DNA of 64,000 nucleotides from Mobula hypostoma (lineage: Eukaryota): positions 108,316,001-108,380,000 of the forward strand of contig NC_086108.1 of NCBI RefSeq assembly GCF_963921235.1, written 5' to 3'. Below are positions 63,995-64,000 of the stretch, piece after piece; the first letter of the stretch is position 1, and every line of letters starts with the position of its first letter. Made by a program: the position numbers and the translations under genes. The notes beneath the pieces were generated by a model. It saw only the letters and a list, made by a program, of their open reading frames with translations, had not been told where the DNA came from and did no database searches.

Positions 63995-64000
63995 GATTTA

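Overview
This is eukaryotic (vertebrate) genomic DNA. The repeat landscape (CR1, Rex/L2-like and RTE LINEs, tRNA-derived SINEs, Penelope-like elements, Tc1, Tigger, hAT) suggests a cartilaginous fish; that assignment is inference. The window is the middle of one + strand gene, a latrophilin adhesion GPCR most like ADGRL2. Eight coding exons run from the end of the hormone-binding domain through the GAIN/GPS domain to TM1-TM2, separated by repeat-saturated introns. Main points of interest: (1) Penelope-like retroelements carry minimal type I hammerhead-ribozyme cores, several in the sense orientation of the host pre-mRNA and one locked inside an ~83-bp fold-back. (2) A young 4.77-kb Gmr1-like Gypsy LTR element has a single open 925-aa frame with intact Gag and protease, but integrase and RT reduced by in-frame deletions. 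(3) One GAIN exon has CG instead of AG at its homology-predicted acceptor. (4) A stop-free, in-frame 402-nt intron precedes a 39-nt micro-exon. (5) Several transposon insertions are nested, with readable target-site duplications (TSDs). Protein comparisons are from recalled family sequences; no searches were run.
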